This document shows positions 30,967 to 32,000 of a stretch of 32,000 nucleotides of DNA, one piece after another. The notes below the pieces were generated by a model that was not told where the DNA came from, did not search any database, and saw nothing but the letters and a program-made list of their open reading frames with translations. The stretch's first letter is position 1; every line of letters starts with the position of its first letter. Source of the stretch: Candidatus Saccharimonadota bacterium (lineage in GTDB: Bacteria; Patescibacteriota; Saccharimonadia; Saccharimonadales; Saccharimonadaceae). The DNA lies in contig MKSO01000001.1 of the NCBI GenBank assembly GCA_001897305.1, positions 660,001-692,000 of the forward strand, read 5' to 3'. A program made the translations under genes and the position numbers.

Positions 30967-32000
30967 ATGGGGCATCACTCGCATAAACATTTAGGTGCAA
31001 TAGCCCACGATGACGGCGTTGATTTTTCTGTTTGGGCACCCTTTGCTAAAGCCGTTAGTCTTTTACAATGGGAAGAATTTGGATGGGCTGAGACCCCTAT
31101 GCAAAGCGACGACGAAGGCTATTGGTTTATTAAAGATGTTGATTCTGAGCCTGGCAAAATATATAAGTATCGCATCACCACCCAAAGTGACCAGATACTG
31201 GATCGCAATGACCCCTATGCTCGCCAACTGACCGATTCTGATGACGGCTCATCAGTTATAGTTGACTACTCGTTCGACTGGGAAGATGCCGATACATTCG
31301 TTCTGACACCGCACAATCAAGCGATCATTTACGAGCTCCACGTGGGGACTTTTAATAAACCCGATGCTTCGACAACCGGCACCTTTGCCGATGTTATAGA
31401 AAAGCTGGATTATCTCGTATCACTAGGAGTCAATTACATCGAGCTCATGCCTGTGACAAGTATGGCGCGTAGTCATGGCTGGGGGTATGCACCTAATTAT
31501 ATTTTTTCCATTGAAAACAGCTACGGTGGAAGGCATGGACTCCTTGAACTTGTCAAAGCCTGTCATCAAAAAGGGATCGGCGTCATCATCGACGTGGTCT
31601 ACAACCACTTCTTCGGATCACGAGAGGAAGTAGCTACCGATTTATGGCAATACGACGGCTGGAGCGAAAATGATTTGGGTGGCATCTATTTTTATAATGA
31701 CGAACGCGGGATGACACCATGGGGTGGTCGACCTGATTATGGACGACCAGAAGTACGCCAATTCTTTCTGGATAACGTCGCCATGTGGTTTAGCGAATAT
31801 AAAGTAGATGGCCTGCGGGTAGACTCCACTATCTATATGCGCAACATTGATGGCAATAACGATAATCACGCCCTCGACATTCCAGATGCCTGGAGTCTAA
31901 TGGCAGAAGTCACCGATCTTGCCCATAAAATTAACCCCAACGCCTTGATGATTGCCGAGGATAACTCAACCAACCCCGGTATCGTTACAGCTACCGATCA
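30967..32000 (+). CDS. GH13 alpha-amylase-family glucan enzyme with CBM48/E-set N-terminus (branching-enzyme-like), 5' partial, runs off the right edge
   Basis: Open frame not in the track (no stop). MGHHSHKHLGAIAHDDGVDFSVWAPFAKAVSLL.. is CBM48-like. GH13 regions are GVNYIELMPV, GIGVIIDVVYNH, KVDGLRVDS and MIAED. Branching enzyme versus trehalohydrolase cannot be decided by eye. Confidence 0.75.
   Translation, partial: MGHHSHKHLGAIAHDDGVDFSVWAPFAKAVSLLQWEEFGWAETPMQSDDEGYWFIKDVDSEPGKIYKYRITTQSDQILDRNDPYARQLTDSDDGSSVIVDYSFDWEDADTFVLTPHNQAIIYELHVGTFNKPDASTTGTFADVIEKLDYLVSLGVNYIELMPVTSMARSHGWGYAPNYIFSIENSYGGRHGLLELVKACHQKGIGVIIDVVYNHFFGSREEVATDLWQYDGWSENDLGGIYFYNDERGMTPWGGRPDYGRPEVRQFFLDNVAMWFSEYKVDGLRVDSTIYMRNIDGNNDNHALDIPDAWSLMAEVTDLAHKINPNALMIAEDNSTNPGIVTATD

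Overview
About 30 genes, nearly all on the minus strand up to ~24.8 kb. Gene content looks like a reduced-genome Patescibacteria/CPR (Saccharibacteria-like) chromosome; this is an inference, no search was run. Content, left to right:
- Copper-resistance operon: csoR-family repressor, Met/His-rich secreted protein, tandem DUF305, CopB-type CPH P-type ATPase, and a partial FNR-type reductase. It sits beside a decayed serine-recombinase fragment and tRNA-Gly(GCC), so it is probably an old tRNA-targeted island.
- NUDIX hydrolase, tRNA-Gly(CCC), and a hairpin-dense region of unclear coding status.
- An S66 LD-carboxypeptidase coupled to an unknown 276-aa protein, then a TrpR/YerC-like regulator.
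- tRNA-Phe preceded by a degenerate partial copy of itself.
- Housekeeping and metabolic genes: SPFH protein, rarA, GH37 trehalase, typA, tRNA-Val/Leu, family-5 solute-binding protein, secG, holin-like protein, Xaa-Pro aminopeptidase, uvrC, DUF308, trhO, DUF1801.
- Two large modular type IV pilin-like proteins with FN3-like domains.
- A GreA-like factor overlapping a tandem pair of ABC exporter genes, then rplY, dedA and a partial GH13 glucan enzyme.

Most notable finding: a ~65-nt conserved, apparently structured 5' leader occurs twice, upstream of the NUDIX gene and upstream of the GreA-like/ABC exporter operon. Each copy starts at the predicted +1 of a sigma70-like promoter, and the substitutions between copies preserve base pairing. 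I cannot assign it to any riboswitch or leader class by eye.

Other observations: a perfect 23-bp CsoR-type operator filling a promoter spacer, a repressor with an apparent C-H-H ligand set, many apparently leaderless first genes, and a possible 19:56 tertiary-pair swap in tRNA-Gly(GCC).

No CRISPR array, rRNA, intact transposase or reverse transcriptase was seen. All calls come from reading the sequence and from remembered family motifs.
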